Below, piece after piece: positions 8,063 through 16,928 of a stretch of DNA of 40,263 nucleotides (its first letter is position 1; each line of letters starts with the position of its first letter). This stretch comes from a virus (lineage: Duplodnaviria > Caudoviricetes): positions 1 through 40,263 of the IMG/VR virus record IMGVR_UViG_3300017745_000022, one strand, 5' to 3'. The translations under genes and the position numbers were made by a program. A model generated the notes under the pieces. That model was not told where the DNA came from. It saw nothing but the letters and a program-made list of their open reading frames with translations, and ran no database searches.

Positions 8063-10620
8063 AATCATTTAAGCAACCAATGCCAGTTGGCGTAAGATTA
8101 CCAGGAATTGAAGTAGAGCAAAGATTCTATGACGAGTTGGGCATTTCAAATACATCATCTAATTACGACCTGCTTCGTGAGCTATGCTTAAAAGGTGTTG
8201 AGGAAAGAGGTATTGATAAATTAGAAAATAAACAAGAGTATTACGACAGAGTGAAGATAGAATTATCTGTTTTAAAAGATTTAGGGTTTGTTGATTATAT
8301 ACTTTTAAATTGGGATGTTTTAAACTTTTGCCATGAAAATCGTATACCAACTGGGCCAGGTCGTGGTTCTGCCGCTGGTTCTTTGGTATTATTTTTATTA
8401 AAAGTTACAAATATTGACCCAATCAAATATGATCTGTTTTTTGAGCGATTTGTATCCAAAAGCAGAGCTAAAAAGACCGTTGTTGACGATATAACGTACC
8501 TAGACGGCTCTTTGTTGGCTGACGTGGACAATGACATCAGTTACGATAGAAGAGCCGAGGTAATCAAATATATTGAAGAAAAGCATAAAGGTAAGACTTG
8601 TAAAATATTAACTTTAAACACATTGAGTAGTAAATTGTGTGTAAAGGAGTGCGGAAAGATCGTGGGAGGGTTCTCAGAAGAGGACGTTAATGACATTAGC
8701 GCCTCTATACCAAAACAGTTTGGAAAGGTATTTAAGTTACAAAAAGCTTACGACGAAAGCGAGAAACTTAAAAAGTTTTGTGATGACAACCCTAAAGTAT
8801 TTAACATTGCCAGAAAACTAGAAGGATTAAACAAGAACACTGGCGTTCACCCATCGGGTATTGCGATTAGCTTCTACAATATACAAGAAGTTATGCCTAT
8901 GCAGAAAACCAATGACGGTAATTATGTATCTGGTTACGACATGAATGACGTCGCATCTTTGATGGTTAAATTCGATATCTTAGGATTGAGGACATTATCT
9001 GTTGTTTATGATACTCTTAAACAACTTAATATGGACATAGAAACTATAGATGTTGAGTCAGATAACATATATGAAAACTTCAAATTCATTGAGGCACCAA
9101 AGGGTCTCTTCCAGATTGAAGCGGATACAAACTTTAAGGCAGCTAGGAAAATTGCTCCCAGAAATCTTGAAGAACTTTCTGCTGTTGTCGCTATTGCTCG
9201 TCCTGGTGCTCTTGATTACTTAGATACATATGCAAGTTATATAAAAACTAGCGTGTTCAGTTCTGTCCACGAGTTTTTTGATGATATTTTATCTTATACT
9301 GGTGGTATTCCTTTATACCAAGAACAGTTGATGAAGATGGCTGTTAAGGTTGGATTCACACTTGATGAAGCGGAACAACTCAGACGTATTGTTGGTAAGA
9401 AAAAAGTAGATCAAATGCCAGCGTGGAAAGCTAGGATCGAAGAAAAGATTGAAGAAAATAATTTACCAAAACAAGTTGGCGATGTTCTTTGGAAAGTTGC
9501 TGAAGACTCAGCTAATTACTCATTCAATAAGTCACACTCAATTAGTTACGCTACTTTGGCGGCTATAACAACCTATTTGAAATTTAATCACTCAAAAGAG
9601 TTCTTTCTGTCTCTACTTAAAATGACTAAACATGAGCCAGATTCTCATGCCGAAATAGCTTTGATTAGTCAAGAGTTTTGTTTGTTTGATATGAAACTTT
9701 TACCACCAGATTTATCCAAATCAAATGTAGAGTTTTCTATTGAAGGTCAAAATATTAGATACGGACTAAACAGCGTAAAAGGAGTATCTGAAAAAACTTT
9801 AGAAAATGTAGTTGACTTCAGAAAAAGTGAATTACTAGAACAAAACAAATATGACGTGTTCTTATCTGCCAAAGAATCTGGTATTAATATCGGTGTTTTA
9901 TCTGGCCTTATACAAGGTGGTATGATGGACTCTTTCTGTGATAAAAGTAATGGCGTACCTAATCGTTGCAGACTTGTTTTAGAAGCTCAAGCATTTAATT
10001 TACTTACAGACAGAGAGAAGAGAAACTTTATAAGACTCGGCTCTAAATTTGATTATGATATTCTTAATTCTATAGCTTTTGTTAAAAAAGAGGCTTATCC
10101 AGCGGATGATGGGCGACCTCTTATGAAAGACTCTAGGTTTAAAACATTCAAACGTGATTATGACAAATACCGTCAAATATACGACAAAAATAAAGAGCAT
10201 TTAGTTTTCGCTAATTGGTTTTTTGAGCGTAAGTATTTAGGTTATAGTCATTCTAATGAAATTAAAAAAGTTTTTCAAGATACAAAAAACCTTGTAAATA
10301 GTTTAGAGTTAAAATCAATACAACAAAACGATCGTGTAAAATTTGTTGGTGTGGTGACAGATTGCGTGTCAAGAACAAGTCGTGCGGGCAACAAATATAT
10401 GAGAGTTGAAATACAAGATGATTATGGCAAAATAAATTTTATGATGACCAATAATAGAAGATCTGCCACGCTAGATAATTACCTTAATGAAGGTGGCAAA
10501 AAACCTAAAGAAGGTCAAATAGTTTTCATATACGGAAGCAAGGGCGAAGACATCATCTTCGGTGAAAAGCTTAATATACTTGACGAAAAAATTTACACTA
10601 GATTATCAGAAATTAAATGA
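8044..10620 (+). CDS. dnaE: DNA polymerase III alpha catalytic core (no PHP domain)
   Basis: GPGRGSAAGS, FERF, DVDND, GVHPSG, KFDILGL, FNKSHS, C-terminal OB fold. Confidence 0.95.
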   Translation: MGIRNLESFKQPMPVGVRLPGIEVEQRFYDELGISNTSSNYDLLRELCLKGVEERGIDKLENKQEYYDRVKIELSVLKDLGFVDYILLNWDVLNFCHENRIPTGPGRGSAAGSLVLFLLKVTNIDPIKYDLFFERFVSKSRAKKTVVDDITYLDGSLLADVDNDISYDRRAEVIKYIEEKHKGKTCKILTLNTLSSKLCVKECGKIVGGFSEEDVNDISASIPKQFGKVFKLQKAYDESEKLKKFCDDNPKVFNIARKLEGLNKNTGVHPSGIAISFYNIQEVMPMQKTNDGNYVSGYDMNDVASLMVKFDILGLRTLSVVYDTLKQLNMDIETIDVESDNIYENFKFIEAPKGLFQIEADTNFKAARKIAPRNLEELSAVVAIARPGALDYLDTYASYIKTSVFSSVHEFFDDILSYTGGIPLYQEQLMKMAVKVGFTLDEAEQLRRIVGKKKVDQMPAWKARIEEKIEENNLPKQVGDVLWKVAEDSANYSFNKSHSISYATLAAITTYLKFNHSKEFFLSLLKMTKHEPDSHAEIALISQEFCLFDMKLLPPDLSKSNVEFSIEGQNIRYGLNSVKGVSEKTLENVVDFRKSELLEQNKYDVFLSAKESGINIGVLSGLIQGGMMDSFCDKSNGVPNRCRLVLEAQAFNLLTDREKRNFIRLGSKFDYDILNSIAFVKKEAYPADDGRPLMKDSRFKTFKRDYDKYRQIYDKNKEHLVFANWFFERKYLGYSHSNEIKKVFQDTKNLVNSLELKSIQQNDRVKFVGVVTDCVSRTSRAGNKYMRVEIQDDYGKINFMMTNNRRSATLDNYLNEGGKKPKEGQIVFIYGSKGEDIIFGEKLNILDEKIYTRLSEIK

Positions 10621-11996
10621 ACGATTTCCAAAAATACAACTTAACACCCAACGCTCAACAAGCTATTATTAATTCACAAGAAATAGCTTCATATTATGGA
10701 CACCTAAAAGTTATAGATGTTCATTTTTTATACTCTATCTTATCTGAACCCCATAACAATATTGATCACTGCATTGAATTAAATGGATGGATAAGAGAAG
10801 GTTTTCTCCAAGCTTTAGAAATGGTTTTAACTCAGTACAAAGAACCAAAAAGAAAGAAGAAAATTTTTGCACCAGAAATATTTGAAATTTTAGATTTTGC
10901 TCAAAAATTATCAGAAAAAAATGGAGACGAATACGTTGGTCCAGACCACATCTTAATTACCATACTACAAATCAGAAAAGAACTAAATATGTTTTTTCAT
11001 GGATTAGATGTTAACGTTAAGTCTTTTTGTTCTTCTTTGTTACATATAATGAAGCACGGTATAGATTCCGCTAAAATTTATTCTGCTCCTCCACCACCCC
11101 AAGCACAACAAACAAAAACAAAAACAAAACAAGATTTAAATGACTGGTGCGAAAACTTAAATCAGAAGGTAGAAGAAAGAGGGACTTTTGAAATTTTCGG
11201 CAGAGAGAAAGAAACCGAAAGAGCTTTTGAAATATTGCTAAGAAAAAACAAAAGTAATATAATTTTAGTCGGAGAAGCTGGTGTCGGCAAAACTGCTATC
11301 GTAGAGGGTTTAGTAGAAAAAATTGTCCAAGATAAATGTCCTAAATTTTTAAAGAACAAAAAAATCTTATCTTTAGACATTACTTCTGTATTAGCTGGTA
11401 CTATGTACCGAGGACAAATGGAAGAAAAAGTAAAATCAATTATAGACAAGATACAAAATAGTGATGATTACATTCTCTTCATAGACGAGATACACACAAT
11501 CGTTGGAACAGGTAATTCTGAGGGTAGTTTGGACATAGCTAATAGTTTAAAACCAGTTTTATCTAGAAGTGGTTTCGCTTGTATAGGTGCTACTACAAAA
11601 GATGAATATGAAAAATATTTCAAAATGGATTCCGCTCTAAATCGTAGATTTGAAAAGATAGATGTGTTTGAACCAACAAAACAACAAACTTTCAAACTGT
11701 TACAAAAAGCTAAATTATCTTATGAAAAATTTCACAATGTAAAATTCAGCAATCATTCTCTCAACAAAATAATTGATCTGTGTGAAAAATATTTACCCTC
11801 TAAAAAGTTTCCAGACAAAGCTTTTGATATCATAGACGAAGCGGGAGCAAAAAGCAGAATATACAACGAAACAAAGGAGCCTAAAAAGGTTGACATGGAA
11901 ATTATATATGCTATATTTGCACAAAAGTTAAATACAGAAATTAAAAATGTCAAAAATGACTCAAATATAACAATAGAAAACAAAATAGGATTTTAA
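10617..11996 (+). CDS. ClpA/ClpC-like ATPase with double N-domain and a single AAA+ module (D1), ending in IGF
   Basis: Two Clp-N repeats, GEAGVGKT, pore loop MYRG, LFIDEIH, GATT, ALNRRF, PDKAFDIIDEA; no D2 domain. Confidence 0.9.
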   Translation: MNDFQKYNLTPNAQQAIINSQEIASYYGHLKVIDVHFLYSILSEPHNNIDHCIELNGWIREGFLQALEMVLTQYKEPKRKKKIFAPEIFEILDFAQKLSEKNGDEYVGPDHILITILQIRKELNMFFHGLDVNVKSFCSSLLHIMKHGIDSAKIYSAPPPPQAQQTKTKTKQDLNDWCENLNQKVEERGTFEIFGREKETERAFEILLRKNKSNIILVGEAGVGKTAIVEGLVEKIVQDKCPKFLKNKKILSLDITSVLAGTMYRGQMEEKVKSIIDKIQNSDDYILFIDEIHTIVGTGNSEGSLDIANSLKPVLSRSGFACIGATTKDEYEKYFKMDSALNRRFEKIDVFEPTKQQTFKLLQKAKLSYEKFHNVKFSNHSLNKIIDLCEKYLPSKKFPDKAFDIIDEAGAKSRIYNETKEPKKVDMEIIYAIFAQKLNTEIKNVKNDSNITIENKIGF

Positions 11997-11998
11997 TC

Positions 11999-12208
11999 AT
12001 GAGAAAAATCAATCGTATAGTTAAAACAATGAAAGGTAGTAAGGGTCGTTTTTTTGGCCTCACTACAAAGAGCGGAGATCAATTCAACGCTCAGTTTGTC
12101 AAAGAAACACCGCAATATGTTGTTATCAATGACAGAAATGCTAAAAAAATTAGAAAGTTCGCCAAATCAAGTCTGAGTGGAATCAATCTTGGTGAAGTAA
12201 AAATCTAA
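11999..12208 (+). CDS. small basic protein, possible Sm/Hfq-like fold
   Basis: 69 aa, Lys/Arg-rich, helix followed by five short strands. Confidence 0.6.
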   Translation: MRKINRIVKTMKGSKGRFFGLTTKSGDQFNAQFVKETPQYVVINDRNAKKIRKFAKSSLSGINLGEVKI

Positions 12209-12212
12209 TTTC

Positions 12213-12239
12213 AAAGGTGGTAGAAATACCACCTTTTTT
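12213..12239 (+). terminator. Rho-independent terminator
   Basis: 10-bp stem AAAGGTGGTA/TACCACCTTT, GAAA tetraloop, T run. Confidence 0.9.
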
Positions 12240-12248
12240 ATTTAATAT
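12221..12248 (+). promoter_or_regulatory. sigma70-like promoter TAGAAA-16-TAATAT overlapping a terminator
   Basis: The -35 spans the hairpin loop; 5 nt between the -10 and the ATG at 12254. Confidence 0.45.
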
Positions 12249-12253
12249 TAATT

Positions 12254-13330
12254 ATGGATAATGAAAATATAGATTTTGAAGATCTACTAGTTAATAGGAT
12301 TGTTGAGTCTAGTCAAGACGTCACACTTTCAAGTTTGGAAAAAGAATATCTCGAAGAAGTATTAAAAACAGATAAGTTTCTATCAAAATATGTAAGTTCT
12401 GCAGAATTTTTTAATTCAATTGAGGTAATCGAAAAAACCTTTTCTTATTATATTTATACATTTAAAACAAAAGAAGTAAAACATTATCTAAAGATAGGAA
12501 CCGAAGCGGATAAAATTATTTTATCAAAAGAACACAATGTTATTAAAAATTTAAAAGATCCAGATATTGCGCCTAAAATTGTTAATTTTGGTTACGGATG
12601 TAATTATTCATACTTATTAACTAACTATCAAAGTGCTCCAACTATATCTGAAATAGGTATTGGAGAAATAATAACCAATTACAAAAAACCTTTTTTAAAA
12701 TTTTTATCTAATTTTCACAATTCTAATATCAAAAGAAAAAATCAAAAATACGATTTTTTACAAGATTTATATGACACTTGTGATTTTTCATACATTTTGG
12801 GTGATGAAAACGTTAGATTACTCTTGGAAAACGAATTAACTTGTAAACTATTAAGAAGCGTAGAAGAAATAATTAATATTTTACAAACTCAAGCAGATCA
12901 TATTGAGAAAAAAGCTTGCGTTTGCCATCTAGATCTAAATGATAAAAATATTATATTCAATTACGAAAAATTTAAACTTGTTAATTTTAACAATTCTTAT
13001 AATCTTGACCCTCATTGGGATATGGCTTTTTTATCTATTAATTTAGGTCTTGATAAATTTCTATCAGTAGAAGAGGATTTTGTTAATATATATAATTCTT
13101 ACTCAAAAAAAAATAAGTTATCTTATAGTAGTTTACAAGATTTTAAAAGTTGTGCATTTAAAATTATTTTATTAAAAATAATCACATCTTTTATTTATAG
13201 ATTAGCTGATATTAAATTAGAAGATGACATGATTGATTTAACAAAAAATTATATAAACATCAGACCTTTTATTCAACATGAAATGAGTGCATATTTAGAT
13301 GTTCTAGATCAATTTTTTTACCAAACCTAA
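12254..13330 (+). CDS. APH/choline-kinase-like phosphotransferase fold protein
   Basis: YLKI, KEH, APK, CHLDLNDKNII, LVNF, DPHWDMA. Confidence 0.75.
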   Translation: MDNENIDFEDLLVNRIVESSQDVTLSSLEKEYLEEVLKTDKFLSKYVSSAEFFNSIEVIEKTFSYYIYTFKTKEVKHYLKIGTEADKIILSKEHNVIKNLKDPDIAPKIVNFGYGCNYSYLLTNYQSAPTISEIGIGEIITNYKKPFLKFLSNFHNSNIKRKNQKYDFLQDLYDTCDFSYILGDENVRLLLENELTCKLLRSVEEIINILQTQADHIEKKACVCHLDLNDKNIIFNYEKFKLVNFNNSYNLDPHWDMAFLSINLGLDKFLSVEEDFVNIYNSYSKKNKLSYSSLQDFKSCAFKIILLKIITSFIYRLADIKLEDDMIDLTKNYINIRPFIQHEMSAYLDVLDQFFYQT

Positions 13331-14094
13331 TGAAGATATATTTTGATCATATTTGTGGCAAACAAGCTGATACTGATTTTCTTCACATGCTTGTTAGTGC
13401 TACTGTTAGTAGAGGTGAGGAACAGGAAGCGTTAGATAACGGTTGGTGCCCATCAAATATATGGTACAAACAAGATACAAACTTTGTCAAAAAAAATAAA
13501 ATTATTTGGTACCAAAGTCGTCAAACCAGATTAAATTTAAGTAAATATAGCGAAACCAAAAATGAAAAAAAGACTTGGAAAAAAATAGCCAAAGCTAATC
13601 TTGAAGTAGAAATAACTACCGATCCAAATTTTATAAAATTATATAAAATTTATAAAAATTATGTGCAGTACAAAAATTTTTCTTCAGTGCTGTCGCAAAA
13701 AGAGTTTATAGAAGCATACGAGCGTGGTGATGACATTTTTTTAATTTATGGAGACGTAGCCTTTAGTGTTGTACAAAAGGTTGGCCAAAGCTTAATTTCT
13801 CATCAATTTTGTTGGGGGTATGAAGACAAGGTTTTAGGTTTGGGTAGATTTTCCACGTACAAAGAAATATCTTTAGCTAAAGACTTGGGTTTAAAATACC
13901 TATATCTTGGACCAAGTTATGAAAATCATGGTAAATACAAAAGCTCATTTCCAGGATTTGAGTTTTGGACAGGAAGAAAATGGTGCACGGATGAGTCAAA
14001 ATATTTTGACCTATTAGAAAAAGACGAAAAAATAACTTCTGTAGAAGATTTAACTGATTCTTATGACTCATTCTTTGATTCTTTTTCCGTATAA
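13330..14094 (+). CDS. ATE1/Bpt-like aminoacyl-tRNA-protein transferase
   Basis: LDNGW, TRLNL..Y, LY.IYKNY, LGLGRFSTYKEISLAKDLGLKYLYLG..Y....KYKSSF match the ATE_N/ATE_C signature. Confidence 0.8.
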   Translation: MKIYFDHICGKQADTDFLHMLVSATVSRGEEQEALDNGWCPSNIWYKQDTNFVKKNKIIWYQSRQTRLNLSKYSETKNEKKTWKKIAKANLEVEITTDPNFIKLYKIYKNYVQYKNFSSVLSQKEFIEAYERGDDIFLIYGDVAFSVVQKVGQSLISHQFCWGYEDKVLGLGRFSTYKEISLAKDLGLKYLYLGPSYENHGKYKSSFPGFEFWTGRKWCTDESKYFDLLEKDEKITSVEDLTDSYDSFFDSFSV

Positions 14095-14717
14095 TCTAAG
14101 TCTGTAAATTCCGTCATAAAAGAATTATCTGTGTATTTGACTCTTTTGTTTTCAACACTGTAAAAATTTTGGTCTATTTCATAGCCTGGATTCTTAGTTA
14201 AAGGTTCTTCTACCCAAGCGTCATCATGCCATACGATTCTATTGTTGGGGTATGCGTAAAAGTTTCCATTTTCCATTTTAAACATATGAGCGCATTTGTG
14301 TTCTGGGTGTTCAGAAAAATTTGTATCTAAAATTGCTTTGTTTTCCCAACCCCAATCTATTGTAAACATATATTCTCCCCATTCTCTTTTGTTTGAAGGG
14401 GTTATAAGGACGCCTCTAAGACCTTTGAGTCTAGATCTTACCCCTACATCAACATAGGGTGAAAAACAGTCCCAATACATAGCTTCTTCTAACGGCACTG
14501 GGTCACATTCTTTCCAACATAAGGCTGTAATTGGTCTTCTTGTCCAATTTACTCCATTATCTAAATAACACTCAAATAAAGGAACTCTTTTTTCCATTGA
14601 CGTGACAGAGTGCACGTCACACATTGTATATTCTTTATGTCCTTTTTTGTGATTATATAAATATTCGTTCCTAATAAAACATGTAAATGTTGGTAAATTA
14701 TGAGTTAGATAAGGCAT
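14061..14717 (-). CDS. hypothetical phage protein
   Basis: 218-aa ORF rich in Trp, His and Cys; lone minus-strand gene in a plus-strand block. Confidence 0.75.
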   Translation of the reverse strand: MPYLTHNLPTFTCFIRNEYLYNHKKGHKEYTMCDVHSVTSMEKRVPLFECYLDNGVNWTRRPITALCWKECDPVPLEEAMYWDCFSPYVDVGVRSRLKGLRGVLITPSNKREWGEYMFTIDWGWENKAILDTNFSEHPEHKCAHMFKMENGNFYAYPNNRIVWHDDAWVEEPLTKNPGYEIDQNFYSVENKRVKYTDNSFMTEFTDLDYTEKESKNES

Positions 14718-14739
14718 ATAAAATATATTAAATTAACTA

Positions 14740-14767
14740 TAGAATTTTACACTTTGTGTGGTATAAT
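14740..14767 (+). promoter_or_regulatory. sigma70-like promoter TAGAAT-16-TATAAT with extended -10 (TGn)
   Basis: TGG-TATAAT 8 nt before the ATG at 14776; the spacer holds TTACAC (GTGTAA on the minus strand). Confidence 0.65.
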
Positions 14768-14775
14768 AATCCCAA

Positions 14776-15240
14776 ATGCAATATAATTTATACAAACCAA
14801 ACGCCAAATCAACAGGTTGCGCTTTTTCTTTTAAAATCATCACAAAAGATAAAGAAGGCAATCCATCAAAGCCAACATTTTTAATTCAAGCGATTAAGCA
14901 AGCTAGTTGGAACTCAAATAAGAAAACAGGATCTTTTAGTGCTAATGCTAAAGACCCAGAAAAAAATATTTATTGTAAAATCAATGAGAATGAAGTTGGC
15001 GCAATTATTGACGCTATTGAAAAATATACAGACTGGTCAGCGTATCATACATACAATGACGACAAAACAACAATGTCATTTAAACCATATACAAAACCAA
15101 ATGGTGTTGAAGCTTGGTCTTTTGGAGTTATCAAAAACTCTGCTTTAAAATTTGGTATAGGTATCGAAAAGGGTGAAGCTAGAACTTTAAAAACCTTACT
15201 GGAGTTATACTTAACTAAATTATTTGATTACGAAGGTTAA
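14776..15240 (+). CDS. hypothetical protein, possible Whirly/PC4-like ssDNA-binding fold
   Basis: Two (beta)n-helix repeats, each ending in a helix with a Glu (NENEVGAII, EKGEARTL). Confidence 0.5.
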   Translation: MQYNLYKPNAKSTGCAFSFKIITKDKEGNPSKPTFLIQAIKQASWNSNKKTGSFSANAKDPEKNIYCKINENEVGAIIDAIEKYTDWSAYHTYNDDKTTMSFKPYTKPNGVEAWSFGVIKNSALKFGIGIEKGEARTLKTLLELYLTKLFDYEG

Positions 15241-16928
15241 TGAAAACCGTACTTTATCATTCAAACAATTCTAAAGCATTTACAGGTTTTGGCAAACACT
15301 GTAAAAACATGCTCAGATATTTGCAGAAAACTGGCAAATATAAACTAGTAGAATTTGCTAACGGAATGCCTTGGGGCGACCCAAATAGGATGAATAAACC
15401 TTGGACTTGTCAAGGTTCTTTACCCAATAATCCAAGTGTTATACAACAATTAAATGCAAATCCAGATCGTGGTAGAGCTGCAGGTTATGGAGCAGAGATG
15501 ATAGATTTAGCAATTAAAGAATATAAACCAGATGTTTATATAGGAGTAGAAGACATTTGGGGTTTTTCGGGTTTTTGGGATAAACCTTGGTGGAACAAAA
15601 TCAACCACATGATTTGGACTACATTAGATAGTCAACCTATTCTACCTCAAGCTATAGAAGCTGCGCCCAAAACAAAAAATTTCTTTGCTTGGTCCTCTTT
15701 TGCTGAAAAAGACTTAAAAGCTATGGGACACGATCATGTGGGAACACTTCATGGTAGCATAAATACAGAAGATTTTTATAAATTATCTGATATAGAAAGA
15801 CACAATTTAAGACAAAGTTTTAATTTATCTGATGAGTTTATTATTGGTTTTGTTTTTAGAAATCAATTAAGAAAAAGCGTGCCTAATTTATTAGATGGTT
15901 TTAAAGCATTTAAAAAGGATTGCCCTAAAGCCAAATTATTGTTACATACCAATTGGTCAGAAGGATGGGATATACCAAGATTAATTAAAGAAAAAGGGAT
16001 AAATAATTCAGACATCTTAACTACATATTGTTGTAAAAACTGTGGTTTTTATTCTATTGCTGAATTTCAAGGTCAAGGTATTGATTGTCCAGTATGTGGG
16101 GCGCAAAAATCGTTAAATACAACTAATATTCAGCACGGTGTTAACGAAAAACAACTTAATGAAATTTATAACTTAATGGATGTTTATTGTCACCCATTTA
16201 CAAGCGGAGGCATGGAAATACCCATCTTTGAAGCAAAGTTGACCGAACTAATTACATTAGTTACCAATTACTCTTGTGGTGAAGACTCTTGCACACCAGA
16301 GAGCGGTGGTCTACCATTAGAGTGGGCTGAATATCGAGAGCCAGGAACTCAGTTCATCAAAGCCTCGACTTATGCATCAAGTATTGCTAAACAACTAAAA
16401 AAAGTTTGGCAAATGAAACAACATAAGAAATACGAATTAGGTAAAAAAGCCAGACAATTCACAATAGATAATTATTCAATAGATGTTATAGGCAAAAAAC
16501 TAGAAGACATAATCGATAACATGCCAGACGTTGATTATGAGTATGATTGGGACAAAGAAGCCAATGCTCAAAAAACATTAGATGATCATATAGATACAGA
16601 AAAATCTATTGCAGTAGTGATTCCTGGTGGAGAATTAGATATTATTTATGTTAATTCAACCCTAGAAGAGTTTAAAAAAATATACGAAGACTATTCGATT
16701 TATGTATTTACGAATTTAAATTTTGCGGCTTATATAGAAGATAATCCAGCAGTTTATAAAGTTTTACCATATTCTCCAGAAATAGATGACCCTCTATTTT
16801 TAGAAGGATACTCTACTCACAAAGGTTATTTTGATATGGCTTTTTTCCCACATCACTTGACACAGAGGGTTCAAAACTATATACATAACGGTAAAGATAA
16901 AAACACATATTCACCATGTCAAATATAG
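15240..16928 (+). CDS. GT-B (GT4-like) glycosyltransferase with Zn-ribbon insert and C-terminal GT9 N-domain
   Basis: TGFG, RNQLRK..P.L, YNLMDVYCHPFTSGGMEIPIFEA; CxxC...CPVC; tail PGGELDI...IEDNPAV. Confidence 0.8.
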   Translation: MKTVLYHSNNSKAFTGFGKHCKNMLRYLQKTGKYKLVEFANGMPWGDPNRMNKPWTCQGSLPNNPSVIQQLNANPDRGRAAGYGAEMIDLAIKEYKPDVYIGVEDIWGFSGFWDKPWWNKINHMIWTTLDSQPILPQAIEAAPKTKNFFAWSSFAEKDLKAMGHDHVGTLHGSINTEDFYKLSDIERHNLRQSFNLSDEFIIGFVFRNQLRKSVPNLLDGFKAFKKDCPKAKLLLHTNWSEGWDIPRLIKEKGINNSDILTTYCCKNCGFYSIAEFQGQGIDCPVCGAQKSLNTTNIQHGVNEKQLNEIYNLMDVYCHPFTSGGMEIPIFEAKLTELITLVTNYSCGEDSCTPESGGLPLEWAEYREPGTQFIKASTYASSIAKQLKKVWQMKQHKKYELGKKARQFTIDNYSIDVIGKKLEDIIDNMPDVDYEYDWDKEANAQKTLDDHIDTEKSIAVVIPGGELDIIYVNSTLEEFKKIYEDYSIYVFTNLNFAAYIEDNPAVYKVLPYSPEIDDPLFLEGYSTHKGYFDMAFFPHHLTQRVQNYIHNGKDKNTYSPCQI

